Shown one piece after another: positions 22,833 through 47,656 of a DNA stretch of 64,000 nt. The number at the start of each line of letters is the position of its first letter. The stretch's first letter is position 1. The position numbers and the translations under genes are program-made. This DNA is from the human T2T-CHM13v2.0 reference genome, Homo sapiens. The notes beneath the pieces were generated by a model. It was not told where the DNA came from, searched no databases, and was given only the letters and a program-made list of their open reading frames with translations. Location: NCBI RefSeq assembly GCF_009914755.1, contig NC_060943.1. One strand, written 5' to 3'.

Positions 22833-23745
22833 GTGGGTGTCTCTGTGCATCGATGGGTGAGGCTTGCTGGAGGAGGAGGGTGGACCTGTTGGGCTGGGGA
22901 CCTGGTTTTGAACATCTGTCCCCTCTCCTCTTACTGTGGAGGTCTCTCACTCTTCCTTTCCCTCCTTGTTGGCTCCCTTGGAAGTTTCCAGACTCTGTAG
23001 CAGCAGAACCCCTTCTTCTAACTAAACTGCATGTAAAAGTACAAACAAGCGTGATAGTACCAGCTCGCGTTTCTTGAGCACTTACTATGTGCCGTTCACC
23101 ATGTGAAACCCCTTTAGAATTATCAACACCCCATTACACAAATGAGGAAACTAAAGCACAGAGAAGTTAAGTAACTTGCTGAGGTCACACAGCCAGTAAG
23201 TGGCAGAGCTGGGATTTGAACCCAGGACATCAGATTCCAGAACTTTAGTTCTTATCTGTGCTATGAGGACTTAATAAATGATAATTATCATTTTGAAAAT
23301 GACAGGGAGTACGGGGTAGGGGAGACGGTTGAACCTGGGGAAGAAAATAACATATTTGAGCCCCTGCCATGACCTGGCCCTGCCCTAAGCACAGATTATC
23401 TAGTTGACGGTTGATGGCGCTTGAATGGGATGAGTTTTGCAGGACATCAGATTCTGCCCTAGCTGTGGGTTCCTGAGGAACCTGGCATGATTCAACACAT
23501 AGAATTTGGGACCAGGTGCATTGGCTCACCCCTATAATCCCAGCGCTTTGGGAGGCCGAGGTGAGAGGATCACTTGAGGACAAGAGTTTGAGATTAGCCT
23601 GAGCAACACAGGAAGACCCCGTCTCTACAAAATAAATTTAAAAATTGGTGGGCATGGTGGTGTGCGCCTGTAGTCCAAACTACTTGGGAGGCTGAGGTAG
23701 GAAGATCACTTGAGCCTAGGAGGTTGAGGCTGCAGTGAGCTGTGA

Positions 23746-24066
<321 letters not shown>

Positions 24067-24570
24067 TAGTAGAGATGGGGTTTCACCATGTTGGCCAGGC
24101 TGGCCTCGAACTCCTGACCTTAGGTGATCCACCCGCCTTGGCCTCCCAAAGTGCTGAGATTACAGGCATGAGCCACCGCACCCTGCCAAGAAAATAGAAC
24201 CTCTATGAAATCAGGCTCTTCTGGAAAAATGGTTAAAATAGAGACAGTTTGCCCTATTTCAAATATTGCATATAATGCAAGAATTTATTACATCTTTTAA
24301 TATGTTTCAGATTCCTAAAATGCAACTGCAGTGGTTATGTTATCACTGTTTTCTCTATGCCTCAGTTTCCAAATCTGTAAAATGGGAATGATTCTTACAG
24401 GCTTATAAAGCCATTGATGTAAATTGCTTTGAGCAATGCCTGCCAGAGTATCTATGCTAGGTAAGCATTTGCTGTTATTGTCATCATTTATTGATAAGGA
24501 AAACAGAGATCATGTCCTTGAAGAGAAGAAGGGTCAAAGACCAGAGTTTGAGAGGACTCCTACTGTCTGA

Positions 24571-25098
<528 letters not shown>

Positions 25099-25467
25099 TA
25101 GCTGTGTGGCTTTGAGCAAATTGCTTCTATTCCTAGGCTCAGGGTCCGGTTGGGAAAATTCATGCATTCATATGACTTAATGTATTGAGCATCTACTGTG
25201 CTGGGAACAGGTACTGGGGAGGCATTGGAGAGAAAGGCACAGCCAACTCCTGTTCTCAGGGAGCTCACAGTCTGATGGGGAGCATAGACATTCATCTAAC
25301 CATCCAAAATGAACGTCCAGTTAAATCTGTAGGGGTGGTGAGTATCACACAGGGCTTGATCTGGTCAGTGAAGTTAGGGAAGGTTCCCTGGGGGACGTGA
25401 TGACTGAGCCCTGAAGGATACGTGATATTCCAGGCAGAGAACAGTTTGTACAAAGGCCCAATGGTAG

Positions 25468-25785
<318 letters not shown>

Positions 25786-25970
25786 TAGCGTCTCTGAAGT
25801 CGAGATGTAGCTTAGTCAACGGCCTGTCAGGGTTTAATTACCAGTCTTTTTCCTTTCTTGGTGGCATATTTAACGACAGCGTGTGCCACTGGAATTTTTG
25901 TACTGTTTAGATTTTTGCCATTTGTGTATTACTGTTGAAAAGAGAAAAGGCGGCCTGGCACGGTGGCTCA

Positions 25971-26360
<390 letters not shown>

Positions 26361-26565
26361 TCAGCCCCACCCACCTCCCTCCCTGCGGATCTTTTCTCCT
26401 TAGCACTTAGTATTTCTTCTTTATTAGTGACTGCTTCACCTAGGGTATTTCTAGTTTCTCCTACTGAACTCTCAGTTCCCCAGGGCAGGATTTCCCCCTG
26501 GTTTGAGCATTGCTGTCTTCCCAGGGCCTAGAACCGTTCCTAGGCACCTAGTAGGTGCTCAGTAA

Positions 26566-26781
<216 letters not shown>

Positions 26782-27232
26782 TGAGCTAGAGCGAGGGCCC
26801 AGGCCCGGCGGAGGGGCTGGGTGGGACCCGGGTCTGGAAGCCGACACACCTGCATTCAGGTCTCCACCCACTCTTGTTCCTTCTGCGCTGGGGAAGTTGA
26901 GGCAGATTACTCACTTTGCTGAGCCTCAGTTTACTCGTCTGTGTATGGGAGAACAATAGCCCACTTGATGCACTCCTGAGAGAAAGCACACAGAGTCTAT
27001 GGGGATCTGGGGTACATTGCTGCTGCTGTTTAGGGCAGTAGGCCCCAAACTATGAACGTGAAATCACTGCATGGTGTTACAAATCTGCATGTCTTTAAAA
27101 ATGAAGTAGAAGGCGGGGCGCGGTGGCTCACGCCTGTAATCCCAGCACTTTGGGAGGCCGAGGCAGACAGATCACCTGAGGTCGGAAGTTCGAGACCAGC
27201 CTGACCAACGTGGAGAAACCCCATCTCTACTA

Positions 27233-27391
<159 letters not shown>

Positions 27392-27732
27392 TCAAAAAAA
27401 TAAATAAGTAAATAAAGAAGTAGAATAGGACAGAATAGAAAATACCAAGGCCTAATGAGCAAGTAATACAGCAAATGTAACAAAAATGATGCTTCACACA
27501 AGCTGTGTAGAGCAGCACCGTCCCTTAGAAGTAGAATGGGAAGCCTTGTACACAATTGAACATTTTCTAATAGCTACACTTTTACAAGTGAAAAAAATGA
27601 AATTAATTTTAACAAGATATTTTACTAAAGCCAATACATCCAAAATACTGGCCAATACTGGCTGGGCACTGTGGCTCATGCCTGTAACCCCAGCACTTTG
27701 GGAGGCCGAGGCGGGTGGATCACTTCAGGTCA

Positions 27733-28014
<282 letters not shown>

Positions 28015-28160
28015 TCAGATGTGAGTTTTGTGACTGTCCTTGTTATTGTCACTGTTGTTCCTGCTGTGTGTCACTCTGAGCCCAGTGCCTGGCCCGCAGC
28101 AGGCACTAGGTGAGCGTTTGCTGTAACTCTCTCCTCCCCACCCCTCCCTGCTCATTGCAG

Positions 28161-28230
28161 ATACGAGATCCTGACACCCAATGCCATCCCCAAGGGCTTC
28201 ATGGATGGGAAGCAGGCCTGTGAAAAGATG
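28161..28230 (+). CDS. MYH14: MYH14 coding exon, converter (70 nt)
   Basis: tgcag|ATAC...ATG|gtgagt; [23 protein letters not shown]. Confidence 0.96.
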
Positions 28231-28252
28231 GTGAGTGGGGCAGAGCCTGGAA

Positions 28253-28430
28253 TGCGTGTGTGCGTGTGTGTGTGTGCGTGCATGAGTGTGCGTGCATGTG
28301 TGTGTGCATGCATATGTGTGCATGCGTGTGTGTGCAAGTGTGTGTGCATGCACGTGTGTGCGTGTGTGTGTGCATGCATATGTGTGCATGCGTGTGTGTG
28401 CATGTGTGTGTGTGCATGCGTTTGTGTGCA
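28253..28430. repeat. Alternating purine-pyrimidine (TG/TGCA/TGCG) repeat
   Basis: Seen directly; contains nine TGCATG hexamers. Confidence 0.95.
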
Positions 28431-28464
28431 GGGGCCCAGGTGGTCGGGGAGTGGGGCTGGGATC

Positions 28465-29209
<745 letters not shown>

Positions 29210-29787
29210 TGACCAGATGGCTCTAGGTGTCAGGGCCTCCAGGATGGGTGCAGGGCTGAGGAGCAGGTGGATGGAGGTGCCGGGTGTCCAGGCTTCTTGG
29301 TTCTGCAGTCCCTGAGGGGCCCTGTGGGCAGGGCAGGCCCTGTTCAGAGTAAGACTGGCAACACAGAGGCTGGACTTAGCCGCAGGGTGACCAGCTGTCC
29401 TAGTGGGCCTGGGTCTGGGTTTCCCAGGGTGCAGGACTTCCAGTGCTAAAACAGAGAAAGCCCGGGGCAACCCAGGTCAAGCTGTCCGCTCTCCCTGGCC
29501 AGTCCCTCGAGGGGCTCCAGTCTGGAGGTGAGACTTCCATGGGCATAGAGTCCCAGTCCCGGGTGAGACCTGCTTTGATGGGGGCCATAGAGGTGCAGCA
29601 AGGAGGCCCTGCTGCAGGCCATGACTCCCCCAGGCCACACCGGACAAGCAGGTGGATGAAGGAAAATGGGAAAGGTGATCAGGGCAGGAGCAAGCTTGTG
29701 CAAAGACCCAACGATGCAAGATCCTGGCACGCTTCAGGAATACAGGGAGTTTGCGGGAGAGTCTCCTTCCTCCTTAGAAGTGGCTCA

Positions 29788-29940
<153 letters not shown>

Positions 29941-30605
29941 CTACTCAGGAGGCCAAGGCAGGAGAATGGCTTGAACTCGGGAAGCAGAGACTGCAGTGAG
30001 CCAAGATCATGTCACTGCACTCCAGCCTGGGTGGCAGAGTGAGACTCTGTATCAAAAAAAAAAAAAAAGCTGAAAGAATAGAGTGGCAGGAAAGGATGGC
30101 CCAAACACCAGGCTGAGTGGGGCCTTGTCCAGAGGAGCTAGGGAGCCATGGAGGGCTGTGAGCAGGGGAGGGGTGGGTCAGCTCTGGGTGTAGAAAGACT
30201 CTCTGGAGGCGTGTTGGGATGGGCTGATAGGAGAGGCTGGAGAAGGAGGCCAGGCAGAGGATCCAGGCAAGGGAGGGTGGGGCCTGAACTGCGGCTGGGG
30301 CTTTGGGACTGGGCAGAGAGAGTCGGGAGCAGGGGGACGAACGGCCAGAACACAGTGAGATCTCAAAGTAATAAGAGTGCCTGCACACAGTAGGCATTTT
30401 ATGATGGCTGACTAAGTGAAAGGAGCTTGGCTTGGTCAGGCATGGTGGCCCACCCCTGTAATCTCAGCACTTTGGGAGGCCGAGGTGAGTAGATCACTTG
30501 AGGTGGGGAGTTGGAGAGCAGCCCGGCCAACATGGCAAAACCCCATCTCTACTAAAAATACAAAAATTAGCCGAGTGTTGTGGCACGCACCTGTAATCCT
30601 AGCTA

Positions 30606-30770
<165 letters not shown>

Positions 30771-30774
30771 CTAA

Positions 30775-31044
<270 letters not shown>

Positions 31045-31170
31045 TAAAATGGGGCCAGTCGGCCCAGGCTTTGCTAGCTGGGATTCTTTAGTTAGCAAGC
31101 AACAAGAAAAATCTGACTCGAACCAACATGGATCAAAGATTCAAGACAATGTGGGCTGCACCTGGATCCA

Positions 31171-32084
<914 letters not shown>

Positions 32085-32635
32085 AGGGTCCAAACAGTGA
32101 CGTCAGTATGCAGTGTTCTGCATCTCCCGCTTGGCTTTCCTCCGTGATGATCACCAACAGAGGCTTTCCACACAGGGGCCACCAGCAGATGGAGTCTTGC
32201 CCCTAACAACCTTGGCCAGCCTGGTCTCTCTTATCATAGAGCTCCAGCCAGATTCCCAGGTTTCATGCTCATTGGCCCAGCTGGAGTCATGTGACCATCC
32301 CAGAGCCAGTTAGTAGGGATCAGATGAGCCAGGCTGGCATCACATGCCTACCCAAAGCAGAGGGTGCCAAGCCAGGTCGCCATGCACCATGGAGCTCAGG
32401 GACTAGGTGTTCCCCCAGGGGGAAATTGGAAAGGAATGAGAAGGATGGAGGTTTTGGGGGCAGTAATGTAATTCTGAATACGATGTCTGAGAGATCAGCC
32501 TGCATTCCCTTGGTCAGTGTTAACTGAGCACCTACTATGTGCCCAGAACTTTTATAGAGGCTGGGGTAAATGGTGATTAAAAAGAGACAAGGTCCTGCCA
32601 CCATGGAGCTCACAGTCTGGGACAAGAGTTGCTGC

Positions 32636-33452
<817 letters not shown>

Positions 33453-33857
33453 GGTGTTGGGGGTTGGGGTCAAGTAGGATTTGATTGGCATCATTTGAGA
33501 AATGTGAATGATACCTGCGAAAGATGCAAGGAGTCGGGGCAGAAAAGGAGAGAATAGAAGGGATACAGAATTGGGTGGAGAGGAAAAGAATCAAGTAGAC
33601 TTGTGTAGAACGGAGTAGAATATGATTGAACAGAAATTATCAGAGCAGATCTCACTTAGCAAGGGCGACGAGGTTTTGTGAAATTTTTGTTTCAGTTCTG
33701 TGTGTACCTCTGTCACTGCAGCCTGAATCATGCCATGTAAAGCTCATCTCTCACTAAGGACCTTGGACTAACAGGCTTAAGAAACACTGGCCTTTGGCCA
33801 GGCATGGTGGCTCATGCCTATATCCCAACACTTTGGGAGGCTGAGGTGGGTGGATTA

Positions 33858-34175
<318 letters not shown>

Positions 34176-34392
34176 TTAGCCAGAGAGATTAGATAGATCA
34201 ATAGTGTATTTAGTGGTGCTTGCCTGTACCTGTCAGTGTTCTAGGCCTGTGACCAGGGACTGTTGCCAAGGCGGGGACACACAGCTAATAGGTGGAGGAG
34301 AAGGGATTTGAACCCAGAAACTCAAACCCCACTAAGAGTGTGAGGTCTTGGCGCCTGAAGTCAGCCATTCCACCCCTTTCACCTCCACCTAG

Positions 34393-34730
<338 letters not shown>

Positions 34731-35511
34731 AGCAGGGCCCTGGGGGTGTAGCCAGGGTATGGGCCGGGTAGGGGTGGGGTGGGAGAGTCCTGCAGAGCCA
34801 GAATGGAGCTGGGCTGTAGGATCTGGGGGCAGGGGCCTCAGCTGTGGCCGGGCTATGGTATGCAGGTGGCGAACTTATAACTGTTTCCAGTATTTCAGCT
34901 ATCTTAAAATAATGCTAGAACATTTGGGAGGCTGACGCGGGCAGATCACCTGAGGTCAGGAGTTCAAGACCACTCTGGCCAACATGGTGAAACCCCGTCT
35001 CTACTAAAAATGCAAAAATTAGCCGGGTGTGATGGCGCACGCCTGTAATCCCAGCTACTCTGGGAGGTGGAGGTTGCAGTGAGCCGAGATGGCGCCACCG
35101 CACTCCAGCCTGGTCGGCAGAGTGAGACTCTGTCTCAAAAATAATAATAATAATAATAATAATGCTAGAACAAACCCCTTCTTGAGCATTTTTCTGTTTG
35201 CCTTTTCTGCATTATTTCCTGTGGTTACATTTTAGGTATGAAATGTATTAAATGAAATGTGAGGTAGTAGAAAGACCCCTCGGGGGTTATTTGAAGGATG
35301 GACTGGAAGGGGAAAGGCTAGAGTCTGGGAGGCTGGGGAGGAGGCTGGAGAGAGACAGGTGAGAGAAGGAAAGACCTGAGCCTGTTGGGGCTGTAGGGAC
35401 AGAGAGGAGGGGCCAGAGAGAGCAGGGGTGCAGACTGATGGCTGTGAGAGGTGAGGGAGGGCATCCCCAGGATTCTGACTTAGTGATTAGGGGGATGTGG
35501 GCTCATCCTGA

Positions 35512-35976
<465 letters not shown>

Positions 35977-36061
35977 TGAATTTGTAGAAAACTCAGTTCT
36001 AAGTGAATTTGCAAAAAGAATACATTTTTGATTCAGATCGCGGGAGACCTTAAAATGTGTG

Positions 36062-36364
36062 AGCTTCACCTATGGATGGATCCAGGCATCCAAGTGATAT
36101 GTTCAGCTTCAGGCCTGGCTGGATCCAGGTGTCTGAGTGATTTCCTCAGCTTCAGGCATGGCTGGATGCAGGAATCCAAGTGATATCCTCAGCTTCAGGC
36201 ATGGCTGGATCCAGGCGCCTAAGTGATGTCCTCAGCTTCAGGCATGGCTGGATCCAGGCATCCAAGTGATATCCTCAGCTTCAGGCATGGCTGGATCCAG
36301 GTGCCCAAGTGATGTCCTTAGCTTCAGGCATGGCTGGATCCAGGCATTCAGGCAATGTTCTCAG
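36062..36364. repeat. 43-bp minisatellite, 7 copies
   Basis: agcttc starts at 36062, 36105, 36148, 36191, 36234, 36277, 36320. Confidence 0.95.
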
Positions 36365-36430
36365 TACTCCCCCTCTCTCCGTCTCCTGGCTGCATTCACG
36401 GGCAGGCTGCCCTCATGGTTCCCCTTCAAA

Positions 36431-37022
<592 letters not shown>

Positions 37023-37622
37023 TGATCCCTTTGGTGAGGGAGGGACCCTACCCTAGGTTTATGGGGATGGCTGAGCACACAGCACTGGGCACCAGACAGG
37101 TGAGGGGGGCCGACATCACACCACAGACGGCCACATGGATGTTGCCCTCAAGAGCAGAGTGAACAAGCAGGGGCTGTGGGAAACAGGCTTTGTCACAACA
37201 ACAGGTGGAGGTGACCCCTGGGTGCCGTGGGAAAATGTGTTTGGTTTGTTTCAGTAATTCCATGGGCTGGCAGGGAGCTGGAATGTGCTTCTCAGGGATA
37301 AGCAGGCACTGTGCCTGGTCCCCAGGATAAGGAGGGTCCCCAGATAAGGCTGGGGGACCTTATCTATGGGAGCAGAGGGAGTAGGAGGACTTCTGTTTAG
37401 GCCATTTGAGGCCCCTGCTACTTTTAGCAAATGTCAAGGCAGCACATAAAATTGAGTCTTGGCTAGGTGCAGTGGCTCAATGTGTAATCCCGGCACTTTG
37501 GGAGGATCTCTTAAGCCCAGAGGTTCAAGACCAGCCTAGGCAATGAAGTGAAACCCTTTCTCTACAAAAACAAAAACACAAAAATTAGCCAGGCATGGTG
37601 TCACACACCTGTGGTGTTGTCA

Positions 37623-37886
<264 letters not shown>

Positions 37887-38109
37887 TTAGCCAGGTGTGG
37901 TAGCGGGTGCCTGTAATCCCAGCTACTCGAGAGGCTGAGGCAGGAAAGTCACTTGAACCCCGGGAGGTGGAGATTGCAGTGAGCCAAGACTGCACCATTG
38001 CACTCCAGCCTGGGCAACAAGAGCAAAACTCCGTCTCAAAAAAAAAAAAAAAAGAAAAGAAAAAAATTTAAACAGAATAAAATAAAATAAATTCAAAAAA
38101 TAAAATTGA

Positions 38110-38415
<306 letters not shown>

Positions 38416-38816
38416 TAGCCAGGATGGTCTCGATCTGCTGACCTCGTGATCCGCCTGCCTTGGCCTCCCAAAGTCCTGGGATTACAGGCGTGAGCCACTG
38501 CGCCTGACCTATTTACTATGTTTATAGTTTATAATCTGTACCCCTAACCCCCACACAAGAATGTGATTTCCACAAGGATAGGTGTTCCTTTTTTTTTTCA
38601 GAGGCAAGATCTCGCTCTGTTACCCAGACTTCAGTGCAGTGGTGCGGTCATCTCTCACTGCAGAAGGACAGTCACTTTTACCCATCCTCAGTGCCTAGAA
38701 CCGTGCCTGGCATACACTAGGCACTCAATAAATGCTTGTTGCGCTAATGAATGAAATGGGAAAGCCAATAAGAGTTTGATCCTTCCCGGCCTCACCCAGG
38801 GCATGGACATCTCTGA

Positions 38817-39508
<692 letters not shown>

Positions 39509-40017
39509 TAGGGGTCTGTGTGTGCTCTAATGGGGGACCTCAGGCAAGCCCCATGTGCTACAGGGCCTCAGTGGCTGTGTCTGCTAAATGGGATAGGAAG
39601 GAAGGCTCAGGGCAGATTGAGTGTCCTCCCAGCTCTTGAGTTCTTAATGCATCTCTAAATCCAACTCTCTTTCTCTCCTTGGTGTCTTGGGTTGTCCTCC
39701 TTTCTTCCCATCTGACTGTCCCACTGTCTGTCTGTTTCAGACATGTTTTTGTCTCCCTGTCCCTTCCTGTTGACTTAGAATCAGAAACAGAAGGGAAGGG
39801 GCACAGGGAGGAGGCAGGGCTGTAGACACAGGGCAGAGAGAGTCAGAGGGTGGAGGCATGGGCTGTTGGTGGGGATGAGGAGGAGAGGACAGTGCGTCTA
39901 GGACAACATTGTGGGAAGAGTCCCTGAGATAGATGGGGAAGGTGGGAGGAGGAGAAGGCGTTAAGGGAGGTGCTGAGCTTAGCCTTATATGTGACTGGGG
40001 ACCTGTGGTCTCTGTGA

Positions 40018-40410
<393 letters not shown>

Positions 40411-40620
40411 TGAAGATAGCAAGAGTTCCAGGCCCACTAGGTTAAGGGAAAAGTGAAACAAGACTCTATGTGTCTGGTAACTTGCATAACAGTGCACAAT
40501 GGGAACAAGAAAATGCTATTTCTAGGCCAAGTACGATGGCTCACACCTGTAATCCCAGTACTTTGGGAGGCCAAGGCAGGTGGATCACTTGAGGTCAGGA
40601 GTTTGAAACCAGCCTGGCTA

Positions 40621-40797
<177 letters not shown>

Positions 40798-41031
40798 CTA
40801 TGTCTCAAAAAAAAAAAAAAAAAAAAAAAAAAGAGCTATTTCTTCCTCTTCCCTGCTTGGCCTCCCCACACCAAACAGCCCAGAATCAGCTGAGATTTGC
40901 CAAGTGGCCTATGTTAGGAATCATAATAATTATATTTACACTCGTTCACAGTAATTGAGCTCCTACTGTATGCCAAATGTGGTGCTTAGTGTTTCAAATG
41001 CTTTTTATGCACTGTGCTTCATGCAATCTAA

Positions 41032-41389
<358 letters not shown>

Positions 41390-41787
41390 TGATCCATTCG
41401 CTGAGGTTAGGATTATAGGCGTGAGGCACTGCACCCGGCCGTGAACACACATCTTTGAGTCTGACTTCTGGGTTGGAATCCTGGCTTCTCCCCTTTCTAG
41501 TCATGTGACCTCATGCAAATCACATCACCTCTCTAGCCTCAGTTTTTTCATCTATAAAATGGGGTAATTGTAGACAGTACTCCTAAGGTTAGTGTGAGGG
41601 TTAAAGAAGAAAGTGCTCCTCAGACACTTCGCATACCCTGAGCCCTCAATAAATGCCGGATGTTTCTGTTACTACTTTATTACTCTTGTTAATTTTTTTC
41701 TTTTTTACTGAGGTGAAATTCACATAAAAGTAACCATTTTTTAAATGTACAATTCAGTAGATTTTGCCCATTCACAATGCTGTGTAA

Positions 41788-42153
<366 letters not shown>

Positions 42154-43357
42154 TAACCAATCACAGCCAGGCACAGTGACTCACGCCATAATCCAGCACT
42201 CTGAGAGTAGGAGGCAGGAGGGTCGCCTGAGCCCAGGAATTCAAGACCAGCCTGGGCAATATAATGAGACCCTGTCTCTACAAAAAACTTTTAAAAATTA
42301 GCCAAGCATGGTGGCATGTGCCTGTAGTCTCAGCTACTTAGAGGACTGAGGTGGGAGGATCCTTTGAACCTGGGAAGTCGAGGCTGCAGTGAGCTATGAT
42401 TGTGCCACTGCACTCTGGTCTAGGTGACAGAACGAGACCCTCTCTCTCAAAAAAAAAAAAAAAAAGAAAGCAGCCACTCCCCATCCCTCCTTCTCCCCAG
42501 CCTGGCAGCCTCTGATCCACTTTCTGTCTAAATAGAATTTGCCTATTCTAGATATTTCATACAACATGTGGCCTTTTGTGCTTTAGTTATTTTTATCGCC
42601 ATCTCCCCAGCAACCCTGGTAAAGGGGAGTGTTCATCGTCATGTCCTCCCACAAATCAGGACCCTGCCCTTCTTAAGTCACTTGTTGGAGCAGGGGGCCA
42701 GGAGAGGATACTAAGCCAGGCCTGTGTGGCTCCTGAACCATTAACCCCCAGGTCCCAGTTGGTGCTGCCCCCAGATCCAGCTTCTCTTTGCAATGACGCT
42801 GTGTGAAGGGACAGGAAGCCACATCCCTGTGAGAGCTGTAAGGAGGGACTCCGGGCCAACCCAGCCACTCACGGACCCGGTAACCTCGGCAAGTGCTTTC
42901 TCCACGCTAGACCTCAGTTTCCTCATTTGGCAGGAACATTAAATGAGGTGATACAAGTAAAGCACTGGCATGAGGCAGGAACTTACTAAGTGTCTCCTAC
43001 GATTACTGTTGCTGTCATTCCCACTTTACAGCTAAGAAAACTGAGGTTCGAAATGAGTCAGGCTGGGCGAAGTGGCTCACTCCTGCAATCCCAGCACTTT
43101 GTAAGGCCGAGGTGGGAGGATGACTTGAGGCCAGGAGTTCGAGACCAGCCCTAGGCAACATAGGCAGACCTTGTCTCTTTGGGGAAAAAAGATTAGCCAG
43201 GCATAGTGGACCGCACCTGTGGTCTCAGCTACACGGGATGCTGTGGTAGGAGGATCACTTGAGCCCAGGAATTTGAGGCTGCAGTGAGCCGTGACTGCAC
43301 CACTGCACTCCAGCATGGGCAGCAGAGCGAGACCCTGTCTCAGAAAACTTAAATTAG

Positions 43358-43720
<363 letters not shown>

Positions 43721-44270
43721 TGAGGCCCGGTGGCAGGCCGCTGTCACAGCCTGTGCACATACAGGGCTGGGGGAAGGACTTAGGTACAAAGTCTCTGTCT
43801 ATACAGAGGCTTACTTATTGTACAGTTGTTCATGAACCACCGGCTCTAGGTCCGGCCTGGGTCAAGCTGGGGACAGAGATGGGTCAGACCCAGGTGTTAC
43901 CCTTGGGAACTTCCAGTCTCAGGGGAGGCAGATTCAGGCAAAGACAATCTCAACCCAGAACAAGGGGTGCTTTAGCGGAGTAACACGGGGCACTGTGGGT
44001 GATAAGTGAAGACCCCTAAACCAAGTCTATGGGAGATCCAGGAAGACTTTCCTGAGGAAGGGCCTTTTGGAAAAGGGTTTTGAAAGGTGAATAGGAGTTC
44101 ACCCTTAAAGCCACACTCCTTCCACAGCATCACCACCCAGATCTCCTGAGGAGCATAACATGAGGCCCTCATATTTTAAGGAAACATGAAAAGGAGAAAC
44201 AACCAGCTCCCCCAAAGCCCCTGCCTTCCTCTGCTCTGAAATTCCCATCCTCTCTCCTTTCCCCCAATAA

Positions 44271-44504
<234 letters not shown>

Positions 44505-45124
44505 TAGGCTAGCTCATCTCCCTGGGCCCCTTTCCTCACGCATTCATGTGCATCTTTCATTCAGCAAGCATTAATGGGGTGTGGACTATGTTCCAGGAGC
44601 ATTGCTGGGGAACCAGCCATGAACCCAACAACCAGCACTGCCTTCCCTTGTGGAGCTTTCCTTTTAGTGAGAGAGGCAGAGGGTAAACAATATAAACACT
44701 TTCAGTTTATATTGGGGTGATAAGTGCTATGGGGCCATAATGAACAGGAAAAAGGGATCAGAATTCTAAGGCGGGTGAGTTTTTAAGTAGAGAGGCTGTG
44801 GAGGTATTCTGCGAGAAGGTGACATCAGGGTAAAAAACTGAGGGAGTGGCCGGGCATGGTGGCTCTTGCCTGTAACTTTGGGAGGCTGAGGCAGGCAGAT
44901 CACTTGAGGCCAGGAGTTCGAGACCAGCCTGGGCAACATGGTGAAACCCCATCTCTACTAAAAATACAAAAACTAGCTGGGCGTGGTGGCACACACGCCT
45001 ATAGTCCCAGCTACTTGAGAGGCTGAGGCAGGAGAATCACTTGAACCCAAGAAGCAGAGGTTGAAGTGAGTCAAGATTGTACCATTCCACTCCAGCCTGG
45101 GTGACAGAGCAAGACTCTGTCTCA

Positions 45125-45431
<307 letters not shown>

Positions 45432-45529
45432 TCAAAAAAAAAAAAAAAATTGGGAGTGAGGGGTGAGCTATTTGTTCACTGGGAGAAGTGTGTTCCAGGC
45501 AGAGGGAACAGCCAGTGCAAAGGCCCTGA

Positions 45530-45841
<312 letters not shown>

Positions 45842-46069
45842 TGACCTTGGTGACATGCCTGCCCTCTCTGGGCTTCTATTTGGTCCATATCAAACCAATT
45901 GTCTCGTTTGGCTCTTCCAACATAATCATGTACAAGTCTGGGCACAGTGGCTCATGTCTGTAATTCTAGCACTTGGGAGGCCAAGGCAGGAGGATTGCTT
46001 GAGCCCAGGAGTTCGAGACCAGCCTGGGCAACATAGTGAGACCCCATCTTCAGAAAAAAAAAAATTTTA

Positions 46070-47480
<1,411 letters not shown>

Positions 47481-47551
47481 GAGTTGAGGCAGATGGGGTC
47501 ACTGGGTGGAAGCCACGATTGGAGGGCTTCATTCCCGTCCCTTCCCTGCAG

Positions 47552-47656
47552 GCTGAACTGGAGAATGTGTCTGGGGCGCTGAACGAGGCTGAGTCCAAAA
47601 CCATCCGTCTTAGCAAGGAGCTGAGCAGCACAGAAGCCCAGCTGCACGATGCCCAG
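47552..47656 (+). CDS. MYH14: MYH14 coding exon, rod (105 nt)
   Basis: tgcag|GCT...CAG|gtgacc; [35 protein letters not shown]. Confidence 0.97.

Noticed and set aside
36062-36364. Regularly spaced palindromic repeats resembling a CRISPR array
   Set aside because: The intervening sequence is itself repeated, so there are no unique spacers; there are no cas genes and the context is a eukaryotic intron.
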